Below are positions 11,990 through 24,620 of a DNA stretch of 64,000 bases, piece by piece; positions within the stretch are counted from its first letter, which is position 1; every line of letters starts with the position of its first letter. The stretch is taken from positions 89,099,925 through 89,163,924 of the forward strand of contig NC_068990.1 in NCBI RefSeq assembly GCF_001194135.2. The letters run 5' to 3'. Under the pieces are notes generated by a model. It saw only the letters and a program-made list of their open reading frames with translations, was not told the DNA's origin and did not search any database. Source of the DNA: Octopus bimaculoides. Lineage: Eukaryota. Both the position numbers and the translations under genes were made by a program.

Positions 11990-12830
11990 TTATTCAAAAT
12001 TGCTACCCACAGCTCTTAGGACAATGTTGACAACTGAACAATACGGAGTGATTTTCTTGTACGAATATAAGTTGGGTCACTCTGCTACCGAAGCTCTACA
12101 AAACTTCAAGCAGGCTTTTGGTAGCGATTCTGTTGACATTAGAACTTTCAGAGATAGTTCCAAAGATTTTGTTCAGGAAATGAAAGCCTTAAAAATGAAC
12201 CAAGAGGTAGACCAAAATCAGTTATTCGGCATGATGAATTGAATGCTTTGGTTAAGCGAAATCCGAGGAAACTGTCCAAAAAATCAGATCAGAGCTCCAG
12301 ACATCTCCTGCAACTGCTTCTCAACACTTAAAGAAAATTGGAAAAGTCAAAAATAATGGGATTCAAAAAAAACAGACACCTTACAGTATGTTCCATGTTG
12401 ACTTCTTGGTTGGAAAGAGAACCATTTTTGTATCAACTCATTACATGTGATGAGAAATAGATACTCTTTGATAACAGCAGGAGGACAGGACAGTGGTTAG
12501 ATGCAGAAGAGTCACCAAACCACTACCCACAACCACCATTGCATCCTAAAAATTTGATGGTCACTGTATGGTGGTCAACAAAGTGGGTTATTCATTTTTG
12601 CAACAGGGAAAAACTGTAATAACATCTTATTGTCAGGAAATTGACTGTATGCATGAAAAATTAAAAAATTAGTGAATAGAGATGGCCCAATTTTGCATCA
12701 TGATAATGCACGGCCTTAGGCTTCTCAAACTATGGTGCACAGGTTGCAAAGCCTGAATTATGAAATTTTGGCACATCCTCCTGATATCTCTCCTACTAAT
12801 TGTCACATATCTAAACACTTCGGTACTGGC
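11990..12830 (+). mobile_element. Degenerate mariner (Hsmar1/cecropia-like) transposase
   Basis: VIFLYEYKLGHSATEA, EPFLYQLITCDEK*ILFDN, LHPK..MVTVWW, PILHHDNARP and LAHPP.DISPT motifs, with stops and frameshifts. Confidence 0.85.
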
Positions 12831-12904
12831 AACAGCCATGCTCAAATGGTGTTTCTTTTTTACATGCCACCTGCACAGGAGTCAGTCCAATGTTTTGTTC
12901 AAAT

Positions 12905-13110
12905 GGTGCTGTTGGCGTTAGCACGCCGGGCGAAATACTTAACGAAATTTCGTCTGTCTTTACGTTCTGAGTTCAAATTCCGCTGAGGTCGACTTTGCCT
13001 TTCATCCTTTTGGGGTTGATAAATTAAGTACCAGTTGCATACTGGGGTCAATCTAATCGACTGGCCCCTCCCCCAAAATGTCAGGCCTTGCACCTAGAGT
13101 AGAAAAGAAT
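12905..13110 (+). mobile_element. Well-preserved tRNA-derived SINE, family A (core GCCTTTCATCCTTT.GGGGT.GATAAA..AAGTACCAG)
   Basis: B-box GAGTTCAAATTCC plus a conserved core resembling the Meta-type SINE domain. Dozens of degenerate copies occur across the window, e.g. 4690-5465, 14360-14560, 16565-16760, 18240-21550, 24230-25000, 37640-39950, 47060-47530. Confidence 0.8.
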
Positions 13111-13364
13111 TATATAGCATTCATAATTTCTACAATTGTGCCTCTATCTGGTACCTGTTTACAGCTAGATAGACTGAACCAAGATCTGTCTTTATCAGAG
13201 ACTTTCAATCTTCAACCATTTAGCCATGAATCCCATCAAAGTCAATTTTGCCCATCATCCTTCAGGAGATCCGTATATAAAGAATGGACAGTTATAGCCT
13301 AGAATGCATTTGATCATATGTCTGTTTAATGAAAATCGACCTGGGACTAAACAACAGTAGTTCT

Positions 13365-13619
13365 TTATTTACATTTGTCCTCATCTTGTTTGTTATTAAC
13401 ACAACGTTTCGGCTGATATACCCTCCAGGCTTCATCAGGTGTCTTGGGAAAATTTCGAACCTGGGTTCTCATCCCTAAGGTATTTTTCGATGTTATTCGA
13501 AATTTCCCCAAGACACTTGATGAAGGCTGGAGGGGATATCAAGCGAAACGTTATGAGAACAAATATCCATCAAATGTAAATAATGTACGTAATTCCTCAT
13601 CTCTTAAAATATAGAACTG
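13365..13619. mobile_element. Fold-back (inverted plus sense) copy of the hammerhead-bearing element with 12-bp TSD
   Basis: AACAGTAGTTCT at 13353-13364 and 13620-13631. Inverted arms at ~13403-13459 and ~13496-13552. Confidence 0.8.
13398..13443 (-). ncRNA. Minimal type I hammerhead ribozyme motif (same family as 1900-1945)
   Basis: Reverse complement reads GACAC-CTGATGA-A-GCCTG(10 nt)CAGCC-GAAA-CGTT-GTGTT, with one stem II mismatch. Confidence 0.7.
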
Positions 13620-13736
13620 AACAGTAGTTCTGTTCCAAACAGTTTTCATGCCAGAATGGATTTCATGTAACTATTTGGTGTGAGTGGAAAAAAGACTAAG
13701 GTAAGTTTAATTTCTCCCACTCTTTAAATAAACATT

Positions 13737-13886
13737 TTATTTAGGTATTAATATATCAGTCTCGTATATTTTCTTCCATAAAGACTTTATTCTCGCTGTC
13801 TCTTCTTTATCTGAATGAAGCGGCAAAAAGGAGACCAGTCCATTATATAATATACTGTCATCAGATTGGCTTTCTAGATGTTTGAC
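13737..13886 (-). CDS. UQCC1: UQCC1 terminal exon 10 ([23 protein letters not shown]...ILIPK*)
   Basis: ttttttgtAG acceptor, TAA stop. AATAAA overlaps the stop codon and ATTAAA lies at 13706-13711 on the minus strand. Confidence 0.9.
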   Translation of the reverse strand, partial: VKHLESQSDDSILYNGLVSFLPLHSDKEETARIKSLWKKIYETDILIPK

Positions 13887-16800
13887 CTACAAAAAAGAGA
13901 TAAACAAAAATTAAGATATAATTGTTGAATTATTTCAGATATGATAAAGAGAAAACTAACAAAATTTGTCAAAAGCTTCAAAATGTGTTGTTATTGTAAA
14001 AATGGTGGATGGCAGAATTAGGCCAGCCAAAATGTTTTACAGTACAAATAATACTTCACTTTACGAGGCCCCGGGGTTTACGAGTTTTATTTTTCAGCTC
14101 ACTTTTATATAGGAAGCTGAAATTTTTGAACGAAGAGCAAAAGTTTCTACTACAATAACAAATGCTTCTTCATGTTAGTGAGAAATTTATAGAGAGCGAA
14201 AGAAAAAAGTTTCTTCTAAGCAAACAACTTGAGATTTGTTTTTTATGTTAAAAAGAAATCTACAAGTCTGTCTATGAGTGCTTGTGAATCAGCAATCACA
14301 TCTACAAGTGATGTTGTGCGCAAGTCTAGTGAAAGTCATTCAGAAAACAATTATAATAATCATCCTTTCTACTATAAGCACAAAGCCTGAAATTTGGGGG
14401 CAGGGTAAGTCGATTACATTGACCCCAGTACTTAATTTATTGACCCCGAAAGGGTAAAAGGCAAAGTTGACCTCTGTGGAATTTGAACTCAGAGTATAGC
14501 AATAGATGAAATACCACTAAGCATTTTGCCCAGCATGCTAACAGCTCTGCCACCTTAACAATTATAATATTTTTTTTATTATAAGTGATCTTGACATTCT
14601 TTTTTACATAAAATATTCTTTACATTCCACTTTTGTTTTATTGCCATTTATTTATGAGTATTATAAATTTTATAGGTTAAAATATTTTTCTAGAAACAAA
14701 TTACACTTTATAACATTGCTACTATGGGAAAATTACTGCTCTGCTTTATGAGTGGTCTCAGGGAATGAATTAACTCGTATATCAAGGCATTACTGTATTT
14801 AGTTACATCCCTTTATTATTTGACTTCAAATTCTGCTGGGTTCAACAAAGCAAGTAGTTTGGGGTTGATTTAAGCAACTATTATCCAACATTTGTGGCAT
14901 TAGGTTGTAAAATTAAGGTAACTAGGCTAAATTCTTTTGTGTTTAGTCAAAAAATTATATATTCTGCATTCAAATCCAGTGGCAGCTTGTAAATAAAATT
15001 AGTTGGGGGTGCTGCTTCAGAAAATTTTAGCTGTTTTAATATTGTGTTAAAGGAAAGAAACATATAAAAAGAAAATTTATGTATAAACTTGATCAGTTTG
15101 TGTTTTAGCCACTACCAGGTAGTGTGTTTAATTTGTTCATTGAACACTGCTGTGAATTCCCCCTTGTTTTTCAAAAATACCCACTAAATCACAAAATAAG
15201 GTGAGGAAATGTGCCCTATTTTCCAAATCCTGGAAGCAGGATAATAATCTAATTCTACATTTTATCACATTCAAGAATATAAACATGTTTTTTAGCACAA
15301 CATGCGTGGAGTGAAAAAAGAAACATTCCCTTTCACTCGGCACTGTTCCTGCAGTGCTCGCTCTCCCTTGTGCGAAGCTTCCTATCTCGGACATGTGAGC
15401 ATGCACACAACAGCCAAACACTGTGTCACTGGAACTGTGAAGCGCACAGTTCTATACAAGGATTTTTTGTATTTTTTACATAAACTAAGGGATGGCTACT
15501 GACATTAAGCTTAAGGATTATATAATGTATAAAGAAAGAATTAAAAGGACTCAATATATTGAATGTTATCGATAATATCAAGTGGAAATAAGGGGTGCCA
15601 CAGTTCCTATACATGAGCCACCACTGTTCAAATCCCACAAAGATGAAATTTAAGAACTGAAAGTAAATATAATTCTGGGGATGGGGATATTTAAGTAACC
15701 CCCATGACAAAAAAATAAACGCCAGTAGATACCACCGGTTGTAATTTTCTGCTACGAGCAACAAATGCATTGTAAAAATTAATAAGTACATTCTAGTTTC
15801 ATTGTATTGAGTTTTAATTTCTACCACAAGAAAAGTCATCAATAGGCATGCATTCTAACCAAGGGAAAATGTGTTACTCTTCCAAGTTGTGCCACAGAAA
15901 CCAGAAATAACAACTTGCTTAGCATTTGGAAATGTGCAAAATCTGTTTAAACTGAGCGTTTACAATAACTCCAGATAATGATTGCTATCTTTTAATGTTA
16001 AATTGTTTAAAAATACAACTGCAGTCCTTCTTTCTCAAACTGAGTAAAGTGGAGATACAGGATGATTGTTATTTTCCAATTAGGTAAACCAAAACTGGTA
16101 GGGGTGTCTTGATCAACCATCCATAGAATTCACTAAACTACACTATACAGCAGAGAGGTGATGGTTTCAATTATGTGTTACCTGTTTTCTGACATACTGC
16201 ACTGCAAGTTCAAGGTTCTGAGGCTCGGTATACTTTGATGCAAACAGGTTTCTCCAGAGTGCACTGGCAAGCAGTGTGTCACTTGACATCAAACCCTGAA
16301 ATCGAGAACATAATCATTTAACAATAATATGTGGAATATATATGTGAACTTAAAATAATGGAGGTATGACATGTAAAAAAACTCTATTTTAATAACACAC
16401 CAAGGGATATTAAATAATTGTGAAATGTTTAGGACAGAGCTTTTAATCAGTTTCAAATGGCTGATTTGATAGTGTAAGAATAAAAACCAAAAAAACAAGA
16501 AAGAGTTTCTCGTTAAATAAGCAAATTTAATTATTTAAAATAAAATTTCAAAAATGACATTGCTTTGGCAATAGGCACAAGGCCGGAAATTATGGGGGAG
16601 GGGGTTAGCTGATTACATTGACTCCAGTGCCCAACTGATACTTATTTCATCAACCCTGAAAGGACAAAAGGCAAAGTCAACCTCAGCAAAATTTGAACTC
16701 AAAACATAAAGATCTAAGTGTTTTGCCTGGCGTGCTAACAATTCTTCCAGCTAGCCAGCTTTTGACCCCATGACATATTTGCTTGAATTTCTCTTATGCC

Positions 16801-19800
16801 TTTTCTATATACTAAGACAATACAAGATCAAGTTATTGTGGTAATTATCTGCATTCGTTTTCATTCTGTCAATTGTTATGGTTCTTGCCAACACATCAGC
16901 CACACAACTGTGGATCATCATAGGATCTTGACTACACAGCAGCAGGCATACAGCTGTTGATTATGATAGCATTTGTCTATGCAACAACAGCCACACAACA
17001 GAGGATTGCCGTAGTTCTTGGCTACATAAAAAACAACATGCAGCTGTGGATCACCATAGCTCTACTTGATACAATAAGATCCATATAGCAAAAGTTCAGC
17101 ATTTTTTCCAGAAAACAGAAGAGAAATGAAAGGTTGTAATATTTGGATCTGGATATCATAACTAACAAGATCAACTAAAAATGAGACCACATGTTTGAAC
17201 GTAACAGAAGTTGAATTTAGCCATCCAACGACTGTGTAGAGGTGACCTACAGTTCAGTGTGTGTAGTGCTGATCTATGGAAATAAGCTACAAATATGTGA
17301 GAAATGATTTTTATTTGCTGACCAACAATCACACAACTTTTAATCAGAACTTAAGTCTGGATCCAATTATAAAATTGATTTAAATTGAAAGATTATTATC
17401 AGATGGTCTGGTGCCTATTATTCTCAATGAGAGAACTCAATGGAGAGTAACATTTTCTATCCAGAAACAATGAAAAGACAGCAAAATATTTGTATACATA
17501 TCCAGTTAGTAGGTAGTCCAATATTTTATCCATAACCATTTCATTTCAGGACAATCTATGATTTAAAAGTTTAATAAGTTACACAATTGACTATAATCTG
17601 TACAAGACATGTTTCTCACCTCATCATATGAAAATAAGGCAGCATTAAAGTGAAATACAAGCTCATGCATGGCTTCTTGATTTTGTGAAATCTGAAAATA
17701 ATAAAAAATTCCCTTAGAATTTACCATATTATAAACACTGACATATTACTTTTAATACTAGCATTGTCATATTGTTGCTGAACACTTATCTGGAAGTTTC
17801 CCTGTGTATTATTCCAAGCAATAATGTCCTTCCCTTTAACTGCAGTTCAGCTTTGAAAGTTACAAATAATTGTTGTTTTTATCTACTCAAAACCTGAAGA
17901 AAACATTGTAAGTGAGAGGTGCCAAATATCAGAAAGATCCAGGGAACCTTTGATTTCTATAGCATTAAGTAGACTCATCACAGACTGGATATTTGTTTAT
18001 TATAGCTTTCTCATAGAGAAACTGAATCCAGGACTGCAAGCCAACAAATCCTTCGTCAATTGTACACTAATCAGTTAGAATAGACACATTACTGACTTAC
18101 AGTAATGTGGATTTAATCATCAATGGTTAAGTGTCTTAGCCATCAAATACAAGGCAACATCACTGTGAACTACAGAGCCTGGGGCTGTTTATCAACCACA
18201 CTATCAATAACAACATTCTCATGATAAATAGAAATGATAATAATTGTTTCTAGTTTAGACACAAGGCCAGCAATTCTTGTATTAGATTGGTACTTTATTT
18301 TAACAAACCGGGTGGGATGAGTGGCAAAGTTGATGTTGGCAGGATTTGAACTCAGCATAAAGTGCTAGAATAAATATTGTTTTCAAATTTAGGCTCAATG
18401 CAAGGTATTTTAGGACAGGGAGCAAGTTGATTACATCGACCCCATTGCTCAACTGGTAATTATTTTATCAACTCCGAAAAGATGAAAGGTAAAGTCAACC
18501 TTGGTGAAATAAAGAGCTGGAACAAATATTACAAGTCATTTCAGTCCAAGTCATCTAACATAGACATAAGGTCTGAAATTTGAGTGGAAGAAGAACATAA
18601 TCAACTACTTAATTGACACTATTTTATCAACCTTGGAATGAAGATGAAAGACAGAGTCAACTTCAGCAGGATTTGAACTCTGAGTATACAGAGATGTAAC
18701 TAAATATGGCAAAGCATTTTGTCCAAAGCTCTAACAAGTGTGCCAATCCACAGTGTGATTGTTTCTAACTTAAGTACAAGGCCAGTAGTTTTAATGGGTT
18801 AGTGTTAGTCAATATTATTGGCCCTAATACTTAATTGGTACTTTATTTCATCAACTCTGGGAGGATGAAAAGCAGTGTTGACTTTGGTAAGATTTGAACT
18901 CAAAGCATAAAAATTGAAAAGCTTTTTTCTGATGCGTTTATGATTATGCTATTTCACTGCCTTACCAAAGCTACTAGCAATAATAACAACAACAAAAATA
19001 ATAATGGTAATAACTCTATAAATTATTATGGTAAAAGGATCTTAAAAATTCATGTTAATAATCCATAAAATCAATGATAATTAAGTAAATCAGTGATAAT
19101 TAAGATAATCAATAATAATAATTAATGACAAAGCTTATTAAATGTATAAATAAAGTTCTTACTCCTCCTCCAACTTTACTAGTTCGTTTTTTCACATCAG
19201 TCCAGAATGCTTTGACAAAGTTTTTACGGACAAATTCTCCTTCAAGCTGAGCTTGTGATAGTCGTACTAAAATCAACCTACAGAATAAAAGACAAAGGTT
19301 ATAATAATAATAATCATAATAATAGTAATGATGATGATGGTTTCAAATTTTAGCACAAAGCCAGCAATTTCATGGGAATGGTTAAGTTGATTATGTTGAT
19401 TCCAGTAATCGTTACTTATTTTATCAACCCCCAAAAGAATAAAAGGCAAAATTTGAACACAAAATGTAAACAAGGACAAAATGCTGCTGAGCATTTTGTC
19501 CAATATGTTTATTCTGCCAACTCGCTGCCTTAATAATAATAATAGAGAAATTAAGGCCAATAGGCCAGATATAGTTGTCAGAGATCATGAAGGAAAAAAA
19601 TGCTTTCTTATTGATGTATATCAATACCAGCAGATGACAACGTTTCCCAAAAAGAAATGGAGAAACTTTCAAAATACAACGACCTGGAAATAGAGGTAAG
19701 TCGAATGTGGAATCTAAAAACAGAAACAATTCCTATCATAGTAGGTGCCTTAGGTATAATAAAAAAATATTCAGACAAATACATAACAAAAACACCAGGA

Positions 19801-22800
19801 CTTACAAATATATACAACACACAGAAAATTGCACTACTGAGCACTGCACACATCCTACGCAAAACACTTTCAATACATTGAAAATAAGAGCACCACAGCA
19901 CATAGCCAAGGCACACAGAGCTACGCTCGGTAGTGAAGTGAAAGCATGCTATAAAAATAAAACTACTGCATAATAATAATAATAATAATGGCTTTAACCA
20001 GAAGATTCAGACAGGGGCGAGTAGACCCCATTGATCGCAAGGGTTGACTGATACTCATTCTCTCTACTCCAGAAAGATAAAAAGCAAAGTTGACCTAGGC
20101 AGGATTTGAACTCACAGATTAAGGAACATAAAGAGCCAAAACAAATACCAGAGAGATGAAAGGCAAAATTGACCCTGGCAGGATTTGAATTCAGAATAGA
20201 GAGAGGCAGAAGAAATATCACAAGGCATTTTTTTTTTTCCAGTTCTTTAACAATTCTGCTAATCCAACACCTTAACAACAGCATCATCATTTAACATCTG
20301 CTTTCCATGCTGGCATGAGTAGGACAGTTTTACAGGGAACCAACAAGCTGCAGGGCTGCATCGGGCTCCAATGTCATCTTTGGCAGGGTTTCTATGTCTG
20401 GATGCCCTTCCTAATGCCAACCACTTTACAGAGTGTACTAGTAGCTTTTTTTCATGTCACTGGCACTAGTGAGATTGTCATGAAACTTGCAAGATATAAA
20501 AGACAATAATAATAATAATTGTTTCCGTTTTGGGCCAGCAATTCTTAGAGCTGGGCAGTGGGTAGTGAATACCATCAAAACAGTACTTGACTGGTACTTT
20601 ATTTTATTGGCCCCAAAAGGATGAAAGGTAAGGCAAAGCTAGCCTCAGCAGGATTTGAGCTCAGAACATAAGAGCTGCAACAAATACTGCAAAGTATTTT
20701 CACTGACACTAACGAGCCTTAATAATTTCTGTTTTAAGTACAAAGCCAGTAACTTGGGGGAGGGTTTAGTCAATTAATTAAATTCTGTTATTTGATTGGT
20801 ACTCTATTCTAGCGGCCCTCGACACATGAATGGCAATGGTGAGGTTCACCTTGGCAAGATTTGAACAAAGAATGTAAAGAGCCATAGCTAAATACCACAA
20901 GGCATTTGAGTTCAATTCTGTTGATCCCTTCACCTTTTAGTTTTTTTTGTTGCTACAAATGAGACAACTGATGGGGAGGGACAAGGACAAAACATTAAAA
21001 CCAGTGAGGAGGGAGAGGTTGTGTGGAATAAGGAAACAGACATAAGAAACAGGAATAAAAACATGCAATGAAATAAAATGATTTACAACAGCTGCCTACA
21101 AGGATCTTGTATTGCTCCAACGACTGACGGGAACTGTGGTCTCCATTATCCACCTAATCAAGATTTGCCATGATTTCTAATATAAGCACAAGGCCTCAAC
21201 ACACATCCATATTTGATGGTGATGATAGTTGAGTGCTACGAAATCAAATCCCCAAGTATACAGCTGGTACTTATTTTACTTTATTGACACTAGGACATTG
21301 AAAAACAAAATCAACCCCAGCAGGATTTGAACTTAAATGTAAAGAGACATAATTGAATACCTTTCTAATAACAATAATAATAATAATGATGATGATGATT
21401 TCAAATTTTGGTACAAGGCCAGCAACTTTGGGAGCAGAGGCTTAGGCAATTTCTTCAACCCCAACACTCAACTAGTGCTTATTTTATCATCCCTGAAAGG
21501 ACAAATAGGAAAGTTGACTTTGGTGGGATTTGAAAGCAGAACACAAAGAACTGGAAAAATAGATATTGGATTATTGATCTATGTTTTTAGTATTTATTTA
21601 TCAAGAGACAGACAGACAGTTGGAAGAAGTGAGAAAGACAAGAAGAAATAAGAGAAGGGGTGAGTGGATGAGCTCAGTGTAATAAAAAGCACATTAAAAA
21701 AACTTTCCTTACCAAACATGTAGTTCTGAGAGTAAGAACCATGATAGATATGTATCCTCTAATTGGAAGTCTGAAATAAAAAGATATCATTAATATACAT
21801 ATATGTATATAAAGAATTTTGTGAACCAAGAAGATGGAATGAACAGGCTTTAATTAACAAAACACAACAATTGTTTCTGTAGAGTAATAATGAATGTTGG
21901 TTACTGAGTTTTCCAAATCATACTTTTATGTAAATTATTTTATAAATAATTACATAAGTAAATATATACATAGGTATGCGACTGTGTGTGTGTACAGTGA
22001 TGGATTCAAGGGTTTCATTTATTTACAAACTAGGCAACGAATTAAGTCTTCTCTCTCAATAGGCAATGAAAAGATTTGAACTACACTGCTACTTCATTTA
22101 TCAAATCTGGAAGGATGAAAGTCAAAGTTGATTTGAACTAAGGTGTCAAAATAAATCTCACAATATACTTAGTCCAAAATTCTAAGGACTTGACCACTTC
22201 ACTGTCCAGATAGAGAAAGATCAAATGGATTAAGTTTTATACACCATTTGTTCATGAGACACAAGCTCAAATTTGCTATTAACATTTTGTAATGGTGGTT
22301 CTAAATAGAACATTATAGTCCACATTACCTATGTCTATTAAACTGTTGATAGAAAAAGGTACCCCCAGATTGTCAGAGAATGTTGCCAATGATAGAATGG
22401 TATCCAATCAAGGAAAGATCACATCCTCATTGCAGTTTCTCTGGACCTTAATCTAGATTACATCTGTTCACCTCGTTGATGAAAGGAATTCCTAAATTAC
22501 TTGGGAATATCACTAATAATACACAAGTGTTTCTTATTTCTTGTTTGTTTCAGGCCATGAAACAGGAGCCAAACTTCAGCTCACCAAGAGTGCCTTGTGG
22601 AAAGTGGGGAGATATCTCAATATTTATAGAATGAAATGTAAAGAAAATCAGACTTGATGAGAGAGACAAAGAAAGAAGACAGAAAGAGGAACAGAAACGT
22701 TATCCAAAGAGAACTTACCATGAATCATTTCTATATAATCAGGAATTTCTGTAGAACACATATACATACTATAAGACGATCTTGCTAATCTCTGAAAAAG

Positions 22801-22835
22801 AAAAAAAAACAAGAAAATGCTTATATTTATATGTG

Positions 22836-22889
<54 letters not shown>

Positions 22890-24579
22890 TAATGAACTCA
22901 AGTCGTGACTTTAATTCTTGGACCACACAATGTGGTATGTCTGCGTAAAGCACATTATTTCAAGTTGTCCCAGTCTACCCCCATGAAAATGAGTGCCAGC
23001 CAACTGCTGGTGCAAACCTATTTTCCTCCAGCTATCACATCCTAAATATTCTGTTGGCTCAAGTGTGAGGGAGTGCTAATGTCTGCTTGTAACTACATAG
23101 CCACCTAAAACAATTAAAGAAAGAGTGATACAAGCTACAGCTAAGCTTTTATATCTATAGATATATATACATAATATATATATATATAGTTGAAATTTAT
23201 AGAAGAAAGAACTTTTTGCTGTCATCAGGGAAAGGCCCATTTTCAATATAGAAAAACACAGTTAGTAGAAATATCATACGATGTATACTTTTAAAGCATC
23301 ACACAGTCGCTGATCTTGTAAAGAGAGAAATAACTAGTTTTAAATCTCTGAGTGAGAAGTATGTAGTAACAGTACCATACAGTATACAGACATGGATTAC
23401 ATGTCAATAACCAGCTGGAAAAGATGTTTTCCGGGGGCTGAAAGGTAGTAACATTATCCTATATAGGATTGCCACGTTGCATTGGCAAATAGACTTTACT
23501 GTGCAGTACTGTTACTATATATTTCTTCCTCAGAGATTTAAAACTATATAAGAGACCAAAGTGTATGTACGCCGCTATATATATATATATAAAAATACAA
23601 AATGGGACAAGAATGCAAAACATCCAGACAGACGATACAAAGAAAACAAGGACGGGTCATTCGGAGTTTTCTATCCTTAGTTGAGTTCCAGATTATCTTT
23701 GCAATTTCGGCTGGTTATACTCGAGATTGCTCCAATCTGGCCAGCCTCAAGGAAAAACGAAGCTAAGAACATTATATACTTCTGAGTGTGTGTGTGAGAG
23801 AGAGAGAGAGAGAGATGTAGATAAAGATAGTCGCAGAAATGCTAGAGATACTTACATATTTAGGATATCTCATTTTTGAAGACAAACCAAGTTTCTGCCG
23901 TACTTTTAGTAACCAACCTGTACTAGCTGACCTTCTTTCCTGAGAAACAGAATCTTGCTGAAAATAAAAATTGTAGAAGACAAAAATTATTTTTAACACC
24001 TCAACACACACAAGTCTATACATGCAAGCATGTCTGTATGAATATGTGATTCTGCAGTGTGTATGCATACATAGAACTTATTTAAACCTTTATTCTTCCT
24101 ACAGCCTTCAACTTCGTTGACAGCCACACAACCCATATTTGAGAACTTTCCCAAAGAAGCAGTCTTCTGGAAACTTAAGAATTCACTTCTACTCAGCACA
24201 CACAAAATTATTCTATTTTGTCAGTTGTTTTCATATTGAAAGGGTAAAAGGCAAAGTTGACTCAGCAGGATTTGAACTCGGAACATTAAGTACCAGAAAA
24301 AATACTATACAGCATTTTGTCTGATGCTCTACCAAACTGCTGCCCTAATCTATGATGATGATGATGATGTTTTAAATTTTGGGTACAAAGCCAGCAATTT
24401 TGGGGAGAGGTTAAGTTGATTATAACAACCCTAGTACACAACTAGCACTTATTTTATTAACCCCAAAAGGATGAAAGGTAAAGTAAACCTCAGTGGAATT
24501 TGAACTCACAACATAGTGTCAGAAGAAATGTCACTAAGCATTTTGTCCAGCGTGCTAACAATTCTGCCAGCTCACTGCC

Positions 24580-24620
<41 letters not shown>

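Noticed and set aside
14113-14350. Plus-strand exon-like segments ([10 protein letters not shown]..., [10 protein letters not shown]...), and similarly the acceptor at ~22553
   Set aside because: They lie antisense within UQCC1 introns (the first inside a TIR-bounded element) and form no coherent gene model.
15426-15842. 138-aa hydrophobic minus-strand ORF in UQCC1 intron 9
   Set aside because: No motif and AT-driven composition. UQCC1 exons 9 and 10 already join contiguously.
23590-23775. Repeat with GGCTGG...CCAGCC-GAAA stem on the minus strand, suggesting a hammerhead
   Set aside because: The upstream core reads CCTTGA, not CUGANGA, and there is no stem I pairing.
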